A stretch of 39,050 nucleotides of DNA from Candidatus Phoenicimicrobium oleiphilum (GCA_039638295.1 JBDIWJ010000012.1:1-39050); one strand, 5' to 3'. Shown: positions 7,789-17,877, counted from the stretch's first letter. Numbers and translations: made by a program. Notes: generated from the letters alone by a model not told the origin.

Positions 7789-8346
7789 ATGCTCCCCAAG
7801 AAATCGTTAAAAGAAGATAGATTTGAAAGTGGTAGGGATTATAAGCTTTCAGAAAAAGAAATTTGCAGAGCTTTTCTAAAGGAATATAATAAAAAGAACA
7901 AAGAAGATTATCGTTTCATTAGAATAGGTGACCCCAATAAAAATGAACCTACCTGTATCTGCACCGATGATTTGAATGTGGAGATTGCCCCGGTTTATTA
8001 TAATCAGGAAGAGGCAAAAGCTACCTGGGGTTTAGTTAAATTAATGAAAAAACGGGAGAAAGAGAAAGGTTTTAAGCGTAAAAACAAGGATAAGAAAGAT
8101 TATTTAGCTGAAGCGACTCGGATGTTTTGTGATTCTTTGAATGAGCGAATAAATAGCAAAAATGATAGGGTATACAATTATACGGGTAAGTTGATTTTAA
8201 TTATTGAAGAGGGTATTGGTTTAACTGAAAAGGAGTCAGTAGAGTATTATATTAAACAAGGCAAAAATTTTAACGATCAAGTTTTTGGTGAAATTTGGTT
8301 GATGTTACAATCAGCAGGCCATTATAGAATTTATCAATTAAAATAA
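7789..8346 (+). CDS. Hypothetical protein
   Basis: 185-aa ORF with GGAGG upstream; no family recognised. Confidence 0.7.
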   Translation: MLPKKSLKEDRFESGRDYKLSEKEICRAFLKEYNKKNKEDYRFIRIGDPNKNEPTCICTDDLNVEIAPVYYNQEEAKATWGLVKLMKKREKEKGFKRKNKDKKDYLAEATRMFCDSLNERINSKNDRVYNYTGKLILIIEEGIGLTEKESVEYYIKQGKNFNDQVFGEIWLMLQSAGHYRIYQLK

Positions 8347-8415
8347 TCAGAGGTTAAGTTGATAGTTGTGGATTATCTAAAGAGACGTAATGGGCTAAAG
8401 AGAAGGGAGTAATTT

Positions 8416-9279
8416 TTGAAGATTGGATGTCATGTTTCTATTGCTGGGGGGATAGATAATTCAATCATTAGGGCAGAGAAATTAGGCTGTAATACTATGC
8501 AGATATTTTCTAAAAATGCTGCTACCTGGCGGGAAAAGATATTAGATGAAGAAGAAGTTAAGAGATTTAAAAGAAATTTAAAAAATTCTAGTATTGATAT
8601 AAATTCAGTTTTTGTCCACACTTCTTATTTAATTAATTTAGCCTCTCCTTCAGATGAGCTCTATCACAAGTCAATTAATTCTTTTATAGAAGAGATGAAA
8701 AGAGCCGATATTTTACTGAGTAAACCCTATTTAATTGTCCACCCCGGCGCACATATGGGGGCAGGAGAAGAATACGGAATTCAGAGGATAATCAAAGCTC
8801 TTAATTATATTTTGAAAAAGAGTGCGGATTTAGATTTAAAGACTATGATATTGTTAGAGAATACCGCTGGTTCGGGTACTCATCTGGCTTATACATTTGA
8901 GCAGTTAAAGAGGATGGTAGAAGGGGTGAAAGATAGAAAGAGAATAGGGATATGTTTTGATACCTGTCACGCCTATGCCGCAGGGTATAACCTTTCCAAT
9001 AAGGAAGGGCTGGAACAGACTTTAGGGGAAATTGATAGACATTTGGGTTTAGAGGGATTAAAGGTAATACATATTAATGATTCAAAGTATCCTTTAGGGT
9101 CGCGAAAAGACCGTCATATGCATATTGGTAAGGGTTATATTGGACTTAATGGTTTTAAAGAGTTGGTAAATAATAAATACCTAAAGGACCTACCTTTTAT
9201 TCTAGAAACCCCTAAATTTGGAGAACGAGATGATTGGGAAAATATTGATCTGGTAAAGAGCTTGGTTTTGAATGAATGA
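8416..9279 (+). CDS. nfo: Endonuclease IV (AP endonuclease)
   Basis: GCHVSIAGG, HTSYLINLAS, HPG, LENTAG, CFDTCH, HINDSK, DRH.HIG, ILETP. Confidence 0.95.
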   Translation: MKIGCHVSIAGGIDNSIIRAEKLGCNTMQIFSKNAATWREKILDEEEVKRFKRNLKNSSIDINSVFVHTSYLINLASPSDELYHKSINSFIEEMKRADILLSKPYLIVHPGAHMGAGEEYGIQRIIKALNYILKKSADLDLKTMILLENTAGSGTHLAYTFEQLKRMVEGVKDRKRIGICFDTCHAYAAGYNLSNKEGLEQTLGEIDRHLGLEGLKVIHINDSKYPLGSRKDRHMHIGKGYIGLNGFKELVNNKYLKDLPFILETPKFGERDDWENIDLVKSLVLNE

Positions 9280-9323
9280 ACACGCGTCAGGGGAAGAAAC
9301 CAGGGAGTTATTGATTCTCTGGT

Positions 9324-11630
9324 GTGAGTGTGAGGTGTAAATTAGTGCCGCTAGTAGAAAAGGTTTTGAATGAAATAAAAAAGTATAATAAAGTCAGCTC
9401 TTGTCTTACTGCCTGGGAACATATACCAGCAAAACCGGCGGTTTATGAGGGATTTCCGGAGTGGATAGAGGATAAATTAGTATATATTTTGAGGGAAAAG
9501 GGAATTACTAAACTTTATTCTCACCAGGCTTCTGCTTTAAGATTGATAAAAGAAGGGAAGAATGTGGTAGTGGTAACGCCTACCGCCTCAGGCAAAACCC
9601 TTTGTTATAATTTACCGGTCTTGGATTCTATTTTAAAAGATAAAAATAGCCGGGCTATTTATCTATTTCCCACTAAGGCTTTATCTCAAGATCAATTAAC
9701 TGAATTATATCAACTGGTATCAGCTTTAGATGAGGGGATTAAGACCTATACCTATGATGGGGATACCCCTTCTTCTGCCCGACAAGCGATCCGCAAACAA
9801 GGACACATTGTGATAACTAATCCGGATATGCTGCATTTAGGGATATTGCCTCATCATACTAAATGGCTGGAGCTTTTTCGAAATTTGAAATATGTGGTAA
9901 TTGATGAAATTCATATTTATCGGGGGGTATTCGGAAGTCATGTAGCGAATGTGATAAGAAGGTTGAAGAGAATCTGCAAATTTTATGGTTCGAATCCTCA
10001 ATTTATTTGTTGTTCAGCTACTATTGCTAATCCTCGAGAACTTTCCCAGAAGATTGTAGGTGAGGAATTTGTTTTAGTCGATAACAATGGAGCTCCTCAA
10101 GGCGAAAAACAATTTTTGTTTTATAATCCCCCGGTAATCAACAAAGAATTGGGAATTAGAAAAAGTTTAGTTAAAGAAGTTGCTCGTTTTGTAGCTTATT
10201 TTTTAAATTATGATGTTCAGACCATTGTCTTTGCGCGGAGTCGTCTAACTACCGAAGTTTTAACCAGTTATATGAAAGATTTTTTGACCAAGACTGGGAG
10301 GTCCAAAGATGTAGTCAGGGGTTATAGAGGAGGGTATTTACCTGACTTAAGGCGGGAGATAGAGAAAGGTTTGAAGAATGGAGAGATAAAAGGGGTAGTA
10401 AGTACTAATGCCCTGGAGCTGGGAATAGATATCGGTCAGCTTGACGCCTGTTTTATGGCTGGATATCCCGGGACCATATCCAGTACCTGGCAACAAGCCG
10501 GGAGGGCAGGGCGTAGGGCTGATACTTCAATAGCTATGTTGGTGGCATCTAGCAATCCTTTGGACCAGTTTGTGATAAATCATCCCCACTATTTCTTTGG
10601 AGAATCACCGGAGAGTGCGGTGATTGACCCGGATAATTTAAGTATTTTGATAAGCCATATCAGGTGTGCTTCTTTTGAATTGCCCTTTGAAGAAGGAGAA
10701 GATTTTGGAACAAAAAAACTTAGAGAAATTCTGGAGTATTTAGAGAAGAAAGGTGTACTTCATTTTGTGGAGAAGAAGTGGTATTGGATGAGTGAAGTCT
10801 ATCCTACTGATGAGATAAGTCTGCGCAGTGCTTCAGTAGATAATTTTGTTATTATCGATACTACCGACCAACAGGAGCAAGTTATTGGAGAAGTAGATAA
10901 GGCAAGTGTTCCTACTCTGATATATGAAGGAGCTATTTACCTTCATGAAGGTGAACAATATGCTATTCAGAAGTTGGATTATCAGAATCAGAAGGCTTAT
11001 GCCAAAAGAGTTAAAGTTAATTATTATACTGATGCTCAGACTGAAACCAATATAAAGGTTTTAGAGGAATTTGAAAGAGCAGAAGAATTAAATATGGAAC
11101 ACGCTTATGGAGAAGTAAAGATTACTACTCATACTACTTGTTATAAAAAGATAAAATTTTATACCCATGAGAATATCGGTTTTGGAGAGATATCTTTACC
11201 ACCAGAAGAGATGCATACAACTGCCTATTGGCTTTCTTTGAGCAGGGATATTAGTGGACTATTAGAGCGACAGGAAAGTGAAGTCACTTCTTTTAATATA
11301 AGCAGTGGTCTTTTAGCTTTAGCCAATGTGCTTATTAATGTTGCCCCTATATATGTTATGTGTGACCCTCAAGATGTCAGGGCAGTTTCTGAAGTTCGTT
11401 CTATCTTTACTGGCAAGCCTACCATTTATATCTATGATAATTATCCCGGGGGAGTAGGCTTCAGCGAGAAGATGTTTGAATTGCGGAGGGATTTACTACA
11501 GGCGGCCCTGGAGTTGATTCAAGGGTGTGGTTGTGAAAAAGGCTGTCCTTCCTGTGTAGGTCCTATTGATGAAGTAGGGATAAAGGGTAAAGAGAGTGCC
11601 CTTATAATTTTGAGAGAGGCTTTAAACTGA
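9324..11630 (+). CDS. mrfA: DEAD/DEAH-box helicase with DUF1998 (MrfA/YprA/Hrq1 family)
   Basis: TPTASGKT, PTKALSQDQ, DEIH, SATIANP, TNALELGIDIG, QQAGRAGR, C-terminal C.C..GCPSC. Confidence 0.92.
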   Translation: MSVRCKLVPLVEKVLNEIKKYNKVSSCLTAWEHIPAKPAVYEGFPEWIEDKLVYILREKGITKLYSHQASALRLIKEGKNVVVVTPTASGKTLCYNLPVLDSILKDKNSRAIYLFPTKALSQDQLTELYQLVSALDEGIKTYTYDGDTPSSARQAIRKQGHIVITNPDMLHLGILPHHTKWLELFRNLKYVVIDEIHIYRGVFGSHVANVIRRLKRICKFYGSNPQFICCSATIANPRELSQKIVGEEFVLVDNNGAPQGEKQFLFYNPPVINKELGIRKSLVKEVARFVAYFLNYDVQTIVFARSRLTTEVLTSYMKDFLTKTGRSKDVVRGYRGGYLPDLRREIEKGLKNGEIKGVVSTNALELGIDIGQLDACFMAGYPGTISSTWQQAGRAGRRADTSIAMLVASSNPLDQFVINHPHYFFGESPESAVIDPDNLSILISHIRCASFELPFEEGEDFGTKKLREILEYLEKKGVLHFVEKKWYWMSEVYPTDEISLRSASVDNFVIIDTTDQQEQVIGEVDKASVPTLIYEGAIYLHEGEQYAIQKLDYQNQKAYAKRVKVNYYTDAQTETNIKVLEEFERAEELNMEHAYGEVKITTHTTCYKKIKFYTHENIGFGEISLPPEEMHTTAYWLSLSRDISGLLERQESEVTSFNISSGLLALANVLINVAPIYVMCDPQDVRAVSEVRSIFTGKPTIYIYDNYPGGVGFSEKMFELRRDLLQAALELIQGCGCEKGCPSCVGPIDEVGIKGKESALIILREALN

Positions 11631-11632
11631 TT

Positions 11633-12889
11633 ATGGATGATATAAAGAAGAGATTGGAGAAGATTACCGAGTTAAGGAAGAATATAGAGAAAATCAATCA
11701 GTCGCAAAAAGATAAATATAACAGTGTGGAGATGGCAAAAAAAGAAGTAAAGATAGAAGAAGTTATATTAGGCAGATTTGTATCCACTCCTTTTGGACAG
11801 AGTTTTATTCGGGAAAATTATTTTCCTCCAGATTATAAGTGTGGTGAGGTGGAACTTTTTCAAATTTTTCAATCTTCTCCCAAAATCATTTCCCATTTAG
11901 CCAGAGACGATAGATTAAATGAGATTAATATTCACAAAACCGCTTTTTTGGATACTGAGACTACCGGATTGGCTGGAGGGGCAGGAACCTACATCTTTCT
12001 TGTAGGAGTAGGATATTTTGAAGAGAACCAATTTTGTGTCCGACAATATTTTATGCGAGATTATAATGAGGAACGAGCCTTACTATCAGCGTTGAACGAT
12101 TTACTGGTTAATTTTAAGACAGTGGTTACCTATAATGGTAAGACCTTTGATCTTCCTTTAATGGAAAGCCGTTATATTATGTCTGGAATAAAGATGAGTT
12201 TAGAAAACCCTTATCATTTTGATCTTCTTTACCCTGCCCGTCGTTTATGGAAGAGAAGGTTAGAAAGTTGTTCTCTATCCACAGTAGAAAGAGAAATACT
12301 TAAGGTAAGAAGAATTGATGATGTGCCAGGATATCTTATTCCCGAAATATATTTTAAATATTTACAGACCAAAGATGCTCGAGTGTTAAAGCAAGTCTTT
12401 GAACATAATTTGCAAGATATTCTCTCTTTGGTAGCCTTGGTAAGTAAAATGTGTGTTTTGGTAGAAAATCCTCTGGAAAATGCCGAGCATGGAATAGATA
12501 TCTTTAGTGTAGGAAGGATATTTGATGAAGAGAAAAAATATGAGCAGAGTAGTCGGTATTATGCCGAGGCTTTAAGACATAATTTATCAGAAGAAGAGGT
12601 TTTAGAAATATTGCGACTGGGTTCTTTTGCTTTCAAAAGGCGGGGAAAATGGGAAGAAGCAGAAAGGATGTGGAAAGAGATAATAGAGAGAAGCCAAGAG
12701 TTTATCTACTTCCCCTATGAAGAGCTGGCTAAATATTACGAGCACCAAGTAAAAGATTACCAAAAAGCAGGGCTAATAGTAGAAGAAGCTTTAAATAGGG
12801 TAAAAAATATTTTTCAGAAAGAAAAATTACAATATCGCCTAAATCGAATAAAATGTAAACAAAGGTGCCAGGCACCAAAGTTGTCATAA
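11633..12889 (+). CDS. mrfB: RNase H-like DEDD exonuclease with TPR repeats (MrfB/YprB)
   Basis: FLDTETTGL, TYNGKTFDLP, DLL..ARR.WK, HNLQDI, C-terminal TPR with ELAKYYEH; 2 bp after mrfA. Confidence 0.9.
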   Translation: MDDIKKRLEKITELRKNIEKINQSQKDKYNSVEMAKKEVKIEEVILGRFVSTPFGQSFIRENYFPPDYKCGEVELFQIFQSSPKIISHLARDDRLNEINIHKTAFLDTETTGLAGGAGTYIFLVGVGYFEENQFCVRQYFMRDYNEERALLSALNDLLVNFKTVVTYNGKTFDLPLMESRYIMSGIKMSLENPYHFDLLYPARRLWKRRLESCSLSTVEREILKVRRIDDVPGYLIPEIYFKYLQTKDARVLKQVFEHNLQDILSLVALVSKMCVLVENPLENAEHGIDIFSVGRIFDEEKKYEQSSRYYAEALRHNLSEEEVLEILRLGSFAFKRRGKWEEAERMWKEIIERSQEFIYFPYEELAKYYEHQVKDYQKAGLIVEEALNRVKNIFQKEKLQYRLNRIKCKQRCQAPKLS

Positions 12890-12926
12890 ATGTAAACAAA
12901 GGTGCCAGGCACTTTTGTTTACATTT
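12851..12926. repeat. Duplicated GGTGCCAGGCAC palindromic repeat
   Basis: 25-bp direct repeat at 12851-12875 and 12888-12912; the second copy is part of a 19-bp-arm palindrome 12888-12926 (one mismatch, G-T pairable). Confidence 0.85.
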
Positions 12927-12942
12927 GTAGAAGGAGTAAGAT

Positions 12943-13641
12943 ATGGAGAAAAAGAATTATACGGTAAAGGATTGGCCGGATGAGGAAAGGCCGAGGGAAA
13001 GATTGGTCAAATATGGTGTTGAATATTTGACAGATGCAGAATTGTTGGGAATAATATTGGTTAAAGGTTATCAAGGGAAGACATCGGTAGAAGTCGCCAA
13101 AGAAATATTATCGGAAACTAAAGGTTTGAGAAAGTTAGATTCCTTGAGTTTTTCTGAAATGAGTTCCATTAAGGGGATAGGTCTGGCAAAATATGCTCAG
13201 ATAAAAGCTGCTTTAGAGATAGGAAAAAGATTATTAAGAGAGAATAGTTCCCCCAAAAAGGAAATCCATAATGCTTCTGATTTATTTAATTATTATGGAC
13301 CATCTATGAGAGACTTAAAAAAAGAAATTTTTAAGATAGTGTTGCTGGACGTAAAGAATAAAATTATCAGGGATATCAATGTTTCGGTGGGAAGCTTGAC
13401 AGAAAGTATTGTTCATCCTCGTGAAGTGTTAAGGGATATAATTAAAGAATGTGCTGCTTCAGTTATATTTTTACATAATCATCCTAGCGGGGAATCAAAC
13501 CCCAGTAGAAATGACTTAGAAATTACCGAGCGGTTAGTTGAGGCTTGTGAACTGATTGGAGTAAGAGTGCTGGATCATATAATTATAGGAGATGGTAATT
13601 TTACCAGTTTTGCCCAGGAAGGTTTATTGAGTAAGGAATAA
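12943..13641 (+). CDS. radC: RadC/JAB-domain protein (UPF0758)
   Basis: ERPRERL..G...L.DAELL, GIG.AK, VHPREV, HNHPSG...PS..D, LDHII. Confidence 0.95.
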   Translation: MEKKNYTVKDWPDEERPRERLVKYGVEYLTDAELLGIILVKGYQGKTSVEVAKEILSETKGLRKLDSLSFSEMSSIKGIGLAKYAQIKAALEIGKRLLRENSSPKKEIHNASDLFNYYGPSMRDLKKEIFKIVLLDVKNKIIRDINVSVGSLTESIVHPREVLRDIIKECAASVIFLHNHPSGESNPSRNDLEITERLVEACELIGVRVLDHIIIGDGNFTSFAQEGLLSKE

Positions 13642-13670
13642 TGAGCAATAAAGTAGGGAGTTATTAATAT

Positions 13671-14171
13671 ATGAAAAGCAATTTAATGATAAAGTATTGT
13701 CCTTATTGTGGGGATAAGTTAACCAGAAAGATGGTAGAAGGAAGAAAGAGACTGTTTTGCCCTGAATGCGAGAGGGTATATTATGAAAATCCTACTCCAG
13801 TGGTAGCGGTAGTAGCCAGGGACAAGGAGGGCCAAATTTTACTGGTTAAAAGAAAGTTGGAACCGGGAAAAGGTAAATGGGCACTTCCCAGTGGGTTTAT
13901 GGAAATAGAAGAAACTCCTATTCAGGCAGCTTTAAGGGAATTAAAAGAGGAAACGGGTATAACGGGAAGGTTTAAAAGATTAATAGGAGTTTATTCTAAT
14001 AAAAGTGAAGTTCATGGTTATTTAGTCAATATAATCTATGAAGTAGAGGTTGTTGGAGGAAATATTTGTGCGGGTGATGATGCAGAAGAGGCAGAGTTTT
14101 TTGCAGTAGACCAAATTCCTCCTTTGGTCTTTCAATCTCATCGAGAGGCCTTGGGAGAAGTATTAAAATAA
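13671..14171 (+). CDS. NUDIX hydrolase with N-terminal zinc ribbon
   Basis: CPYCG...CPEC...YENP; Nudix box GFMEIEETPIQAALRELKEETG. Confidence 0.9.
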   Translation: MKSNLMIKYCPYCGDKLTRKMVEGRKRLFCPECERVYYENPTPVVAVVARDKEGQILLVKRKLEPGKGKWALPSGFMEIEETPIQAALRELKEETGITGRFKRLIGVYSNKSEVHGYLVNIIYEVEVVGGNICAGDDAEEAEFFAVDQIPPLVFQSHREALGEVLK

Positions 14172-14200
14172 ATATATTTAAAAATATTAGGGAGGAAAAA

Positions 14201-14539
14201 ATGGAAAAAGCAAATTTTTTTAAAGTTAGTGAATTAAAAGCAAAAAAAATGTTAGAAGATTCTACTTTAAGAGCTGTAGCGAATAAGAATACTATGGTAA
14301 CCTTTTTTGAATTTGGGCCTAATACCTCTATTATGCCTAAACATAAACATCCACATGAACAGACTGGAATTGTAATGTCGGGTTCTATAAAAATGATTGC
14401 AGGAGGGGAGAGCAAGATTTTAAAAGTGGGAGAAGGAGTAGTAATTCCTCCCAATGTTGAGCATGAAGTTATTCCTTTAGAGCCAAACACTAAGGTAATA
14501 GATGTTTTTTATCCTATACGTGAAGAGTACCTTAGTTAG
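14201..14539 (+). CDS. Cupin-domain protein
   Basis: H.HPHEQ..IV.SG...GE...IPPNVEH; RBS GGGAGG. Confidence 0.88.
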   Translation: MEKANFFKVSELKAKKMLEDSTLRAVANKNTMVTFFEFGPNTSIMPKHKHPHEQTGIVMSGSIKMIAGGESKILKVGEGVVIPPNVEHEVIPLEPNTKVIDVFYPIREEYLS

Positions 14540-14553
14540 AATTGAATTAGAAA

Positions 14554-15393
14554 TTGTTAGAAGTTAAAGGAGATGGAGAATTGACGATATTAGCCTTAGA
14601 TTTTGACGGGGTAATTGTAGATAGTGTTTTAGATTCACTTTTTGTTGGTCATAATGCTTACTTAAGATTGTATGGTAAGGAAATGAAGAAAAGTTTCGGA
14701 GGAGAACTTTTTACTTTTGAAAACTGGGAAGAAATTAAAAAAAAGTATAAGAAAGAGATAAGATATTACTACACTTTAAGACCTTATATTCGCGGGGCAA
14801 CTGATTATGGTTTAATTCAAAAATTAATGGAGGAAAAAAAGGTTATTAAGAATCAGAAAGAATTTGACCAATACAGAAAGTCGGTAAAATTTGATTTTGA
14901 AGCTTATGAGAAAGAATTTTATAATGAACGAGAAAGACTACAAAAAATAGATTACAGAGCCTGGTATAATTTAGAACCACCATACCCCAAGATATTAGAA
15001 GGAATGAAGAAATTATTAGAAGAAAGGATTAAAATTGTTATTGCCACTTCTAATAGGAGAAAAGCTATTGCTAAAAGTTTTACTCCTGAATATTTTGGTT
15101 TTACTATTGAACCAAAGGACATTTTAGATAAGAGGTATGGAGAAGATAAATCTGAACAAATGAGACAAATTGTAAAATTATATAAGGTCAATTTTAAAGA
15201 TATTTACTTTATAGATGATCAGGTGAGCCATTTGATCCAGACTAAGCGGTTAGGGGTAAAGGTTTTTTTAGCAGGATGGAGCTATGCAACTGAATCTCAA
15301 AAAGAAGAAGCACGCAAACAAAATATCCCCGTAATTGAAAAAGAAGAAGATTTTTACCCAATTATTAAAAATTCTTTAGAAATGGACGTTTGA
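14554..15393 (+). CDS. HAD-superfamily hydrolase (likely start TTG 14581)
   Basis: LALDFDGVIVDS, IATSN, K, FIDDQ..HL, LAGWSY. Confidence 0.85.
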   Translation: MLEVKGDGELTILALDFDGVIVDSVLDSLFVGHNAYLRLYGKEMKKSFGGELFTFENWEEIKKKYKKEIRYYYTLRPYIRGATDYGLIQKLMEEKKVIKNQKEFDQYRKSVKFDFEAYEKEFYNERERLQKIDYRAWYNLEPPYPKILEGMKKLLEERIKIVIATSNRRKAIAKSFTPEYFGFTIEPKDILDKRYGEDKSEQMRQIVKLYKVNFKDIYFIDDQVSHLIQTKRLGVKVFLAGWSYATESQKEEARKQNIPVIEKEEDFYPIIKNSLEMDV

Positions 15394-15507
15394 AAAGATA
15401 TTTCATTATACACCTATTGATATATTTGTATTAATTTTAATGTTATTATTAATAAAATATTTTTAATAATAGAATTATTTAATAATAAAAAAGAAGGGGG
15501 AAATAAA

Positions 15508-15849
15508 ATGAAAATAGTGGATTACAAAGAAGTTAAAGCTGAAGCCGTAGATTTTGAAGAGGTAAAAGATGTTAAAGTTAGGTGGCTTATTTCTGATAAA
15601 GATAATGCCCCAAATTTTGCTATGAGATTGTTTGAAGTTGGGCCGGGAGGTTATAGCCCTTTACATACTCATAGTTGGGAACATGAAGTATTTATTTTGG
15701 AAGGCGAAGGGGTAGCTACCGATGGTGAAAAGGAGATTCCAATTAAGAGTGGTACAGTAGTTTATGTAGCACCCGAAGAGAAACATCAGTTTAGAAATAT
15801 AGGGTTAGATACATTAAAATTTTTATGTTTGATACCTATAAGGAAATAA
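15508..15849 (+). CDS. Cupin-domain protein
   Basis: APNFAMRLFEV.PGG..P.H.H.WEHEV..LEG.G...HQF.N. Confidence 0.9.
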   Translation: MKIVDYKEVKAEAVDFEEVKDVKVRWLISDKDNAPNFAMRLFEVGPGGYSPLHTHSWEHEVFILEGEGVATDGEKEIPIKSGTVVYVAPEEKHQFRNIGLDTLKFLCLIPIRK

Positions 15850-15901
15850 TATTAGCACGTAGCGTACAATGTTTAGAATATAAAAATGTAAAGCCAAAAA
15901 A

Positions 15902-16055
15902 GTAGGGGCTTATTGAATGTGCCCCAGGAAAATGAGAATTTTTGTCATTGCGAGCTCCGATTTATTGGAGCGTGGCAATCTCGGTATTGAAATTGCTTTG
16001 TCACTAACGCAATGATATTTTAAATTATTGTGGGTTAGATGAATCGAACCCTTAC
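15902..16055. repeat. Composite repeat island: GTAG-REP, TGTCATTGCG-type inverted repeat, inverted GTAG-REP
   Basis: GTAGGGGCTTATTGAATGTGCCCC (15902-15925); TGTCATTGCG...CGCAATGATA (15943-16017); GGGTTAGATGAATCGAACCCTTAC (16032-16055). Confidence 0.7.
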
Positions 16056-16113
16056 AAATTACTTATTACATGTTACTAATTACTGTATTCTACAGCTTGC
16101 TTGTCTACAGAGT

Positions 16114-16707
16114 TTATCCTGAAACAGTAAATTCAATAGTTACCTCAGTGGTCTTTCCAGAAAAAATATCCTTTAAAACTAGCAGAAATTTATAATCACC
16201 CACAGGGAAGGGAGAAGTTTGAGTAAGTGTATTGGTAATAAACAGATCGGAATTTTTAGAATGTGATGTTATGTGATAATCAAGAAAATCTTCTTGTTTG
16301 AATAATATATTATTATTTTTATCTAAGATGTAGAGGTCTTCCTTAAGGTATATTTCATAGAGGTCTTTTTTAATTTCCTTTATAGTAAAGTTTTTTGCCT
16401 CTCCATAGATAAAGAAGGTTTCTCCTTGAGCAAAAACTGCGTTTTTTCTGGGATTATACATACCAAATCCCCAAGCTTCTTCATCAGTAAATGTCACATT
16501 GACAAATTCTAAATCAGCTTTACTTCCAACTATTGACAGGGCTTCTTCTAATTGTCTTACTGCTTCATTATATTCTTCTTCCTCGATTAATTTTAAGGCC
16601 CGGTTAATATAATCTTTTTCTTCACTGGCAAAAGAAAACATAGTAAAACTGGTGATGATAAAAATTAAAACTAATCCTAAAAGTATAATTTTTTTACTTA
16701 AATTCAT
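16114..16707 (-). CDS. Exported hypothetical protein
   Basis: Sec-type signal peptide (KK, hydrophobic core, SFA), one TPR-like hairpin, beta-rich C-terminal domain. Confidence 0.75.
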   Translation of the reverse strand: MNLSKKIILLGLVLIFIITSFTMFSFASEEKDYINRALKLIEEEEYNEAVRQLEEALSIVGSKADLEFVNVTFTDEEAWGFGMYNPRKNAVFAQGETFFIYGEAKNFTIKEIKKDLYEIYLKEDLYILDKNNNILFKQEDFLDYHITSHSKNSDLFITNTLTQTSPFPVGDYKFLLVLKDIFSGKTTEVTIEFTVSG

Positions 16708-16942
16708 TTATACCACTCCTTTTTTAAATTTGGTAAAATTATTTTACGCTTTTTTATTATATAATAAACTGTAAGATAATTCAAAAAAATGAATGAGCTT
16801 ATTTTATTTTCGGTAAAAGATTTGAAGTGAAATATTTTTTAAATTATAATTGGTTTAAATAAAAATAAAAAAGATTAAGATGGTTTAGGATTATTAAAAC
16901 AAGCTGGTGAAATACTATTTAAAAGTATATGGAGGGAAAATA

Positions 16943-17134
16943 ATGGAATGTAATATTGAAAAAAACAAGAGAAATTGTACCTGTACTTATGAACCTTGCA
17001 GCCGAAAAGGAAAGTGTTGCGAATGTATTGTTTATCACAAGAGGATGGGTGAGCTTCCTGGTTGTCTGTTCCCACTCGAAGTGGAGAGAACTTACGACCG
17101 CTCGATTGAAAAATTTGTTGAAACTTATAAATAA
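16943..17134 (+). CDS. Small Cys-rich protein (DUF6485-like)
   Basis: RBS GGAGGG before ATG 16943; C.CTYEPC.RKG.CCEC..YH...ELP.C.FP...E.TYDRS. Confidence 0.8.
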   Translation: MECNIEKNKRNCTCTYEPCSRKGKCCECIVYHKRMGELPGCLFPLEVERTYDRSIEKFVETYK

Positions 17135-17194
17135 GATCAGTATATATTATCGAGTATCGAGTATATAGTAAAGAAGAATAGCGTATAGCGTATA

Positions 17195-17222
17195 GTAGGG
17201 GCGTATTGCAATACGCCCCTAC
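17195..17222. repeat. GTAG-type REP, perfect 28-bp palindrome
   Basis: GTAGGGGCGTATTGCAATACGCCCCTAC between convergent genes; may double as a bidirectional terminator. Confidence 0.85.
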
Positions 17223-17328
17223 AGTAACCGAAAACTGAGGACTTATATTTGAAATTAACGATTAGAATTAACTGGTGTTAACTGGCAAACCGGCTAATCA
17301 GGTAACTAACTAAATACTAACGACTAGT

Positions 17329-17877
17329 TTACGGTATTCTGATTCTGTTCAAGGGCCAAAAGACTACCCACGCCTTACCCACTACATTCTTACGGGGGAC
17401 AAATCCCCAATATCTACTATCACTACTATTGGGACGATTATCTCCCAAGACAAAATAGGAGTCTGGGGGGACGATGAATGCTGGTAAATTTTCAAAAGAT
17501 TTATATTTTACATAAGGTTCTTCTAATTTTTCTTCATTAAGATAAACTTCTCCATTAATGATTTCAATTTTATCTCCTGGAATTCCGATTATTCTTTTTA
17601 TATAATTCCGTTTTATTCCTATAGGAGGTCTAAAAATTATTATTTCCCCTCTTTCAGGCGATTCGAAACGATAACTGATTTTGTTAGCAACAAGTCTTTC
17701 GCTATCATGCAGGGTAGGCTCCATCGAAGCACCTCTTACTACCGTTACCTGCCCAATAAAGGTAATAATTATGAAAGCAATTATCCCCGCACTGATTACT
17801 GTTTCAAACAGTTCTCTAATCATTGACTTTTTCCTTTTTTTTGTATCCTTCTTTAAATCTTTTTCCTTTTTTTTCAT
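17329..17877 (-). CDS. lepB: Signal peptidase I
   Basis: GASMEPTL (catalytic Ser), YIKRIIG (Lys), GDNR.NS.DSR.WG; single N-terminal TM. Confidence 0.95.
   Translation of the reverse strand: MKKKEKDLKKDTKKRKKSMIRELFETVISAGIIAFIIITFIGQVTVVRGASMEPTLHDSERLVANKISYRFESPERGEIIIFRPPIGIKRNYIKRIIGIPGDKIEIINGEVYLNEEKLEEPYVKYKSFENLPAFIVPPDSYFVLGDNRPNSSDSRYWGFVPRKNVVGKAWVVFWPLNRIRIP

Noticed and set aside
12851..12926. Mini CRISPR array
   Set aside because: Only two units, a 12-bp spacer, no cas genes; better explained as a palindromic repeat.
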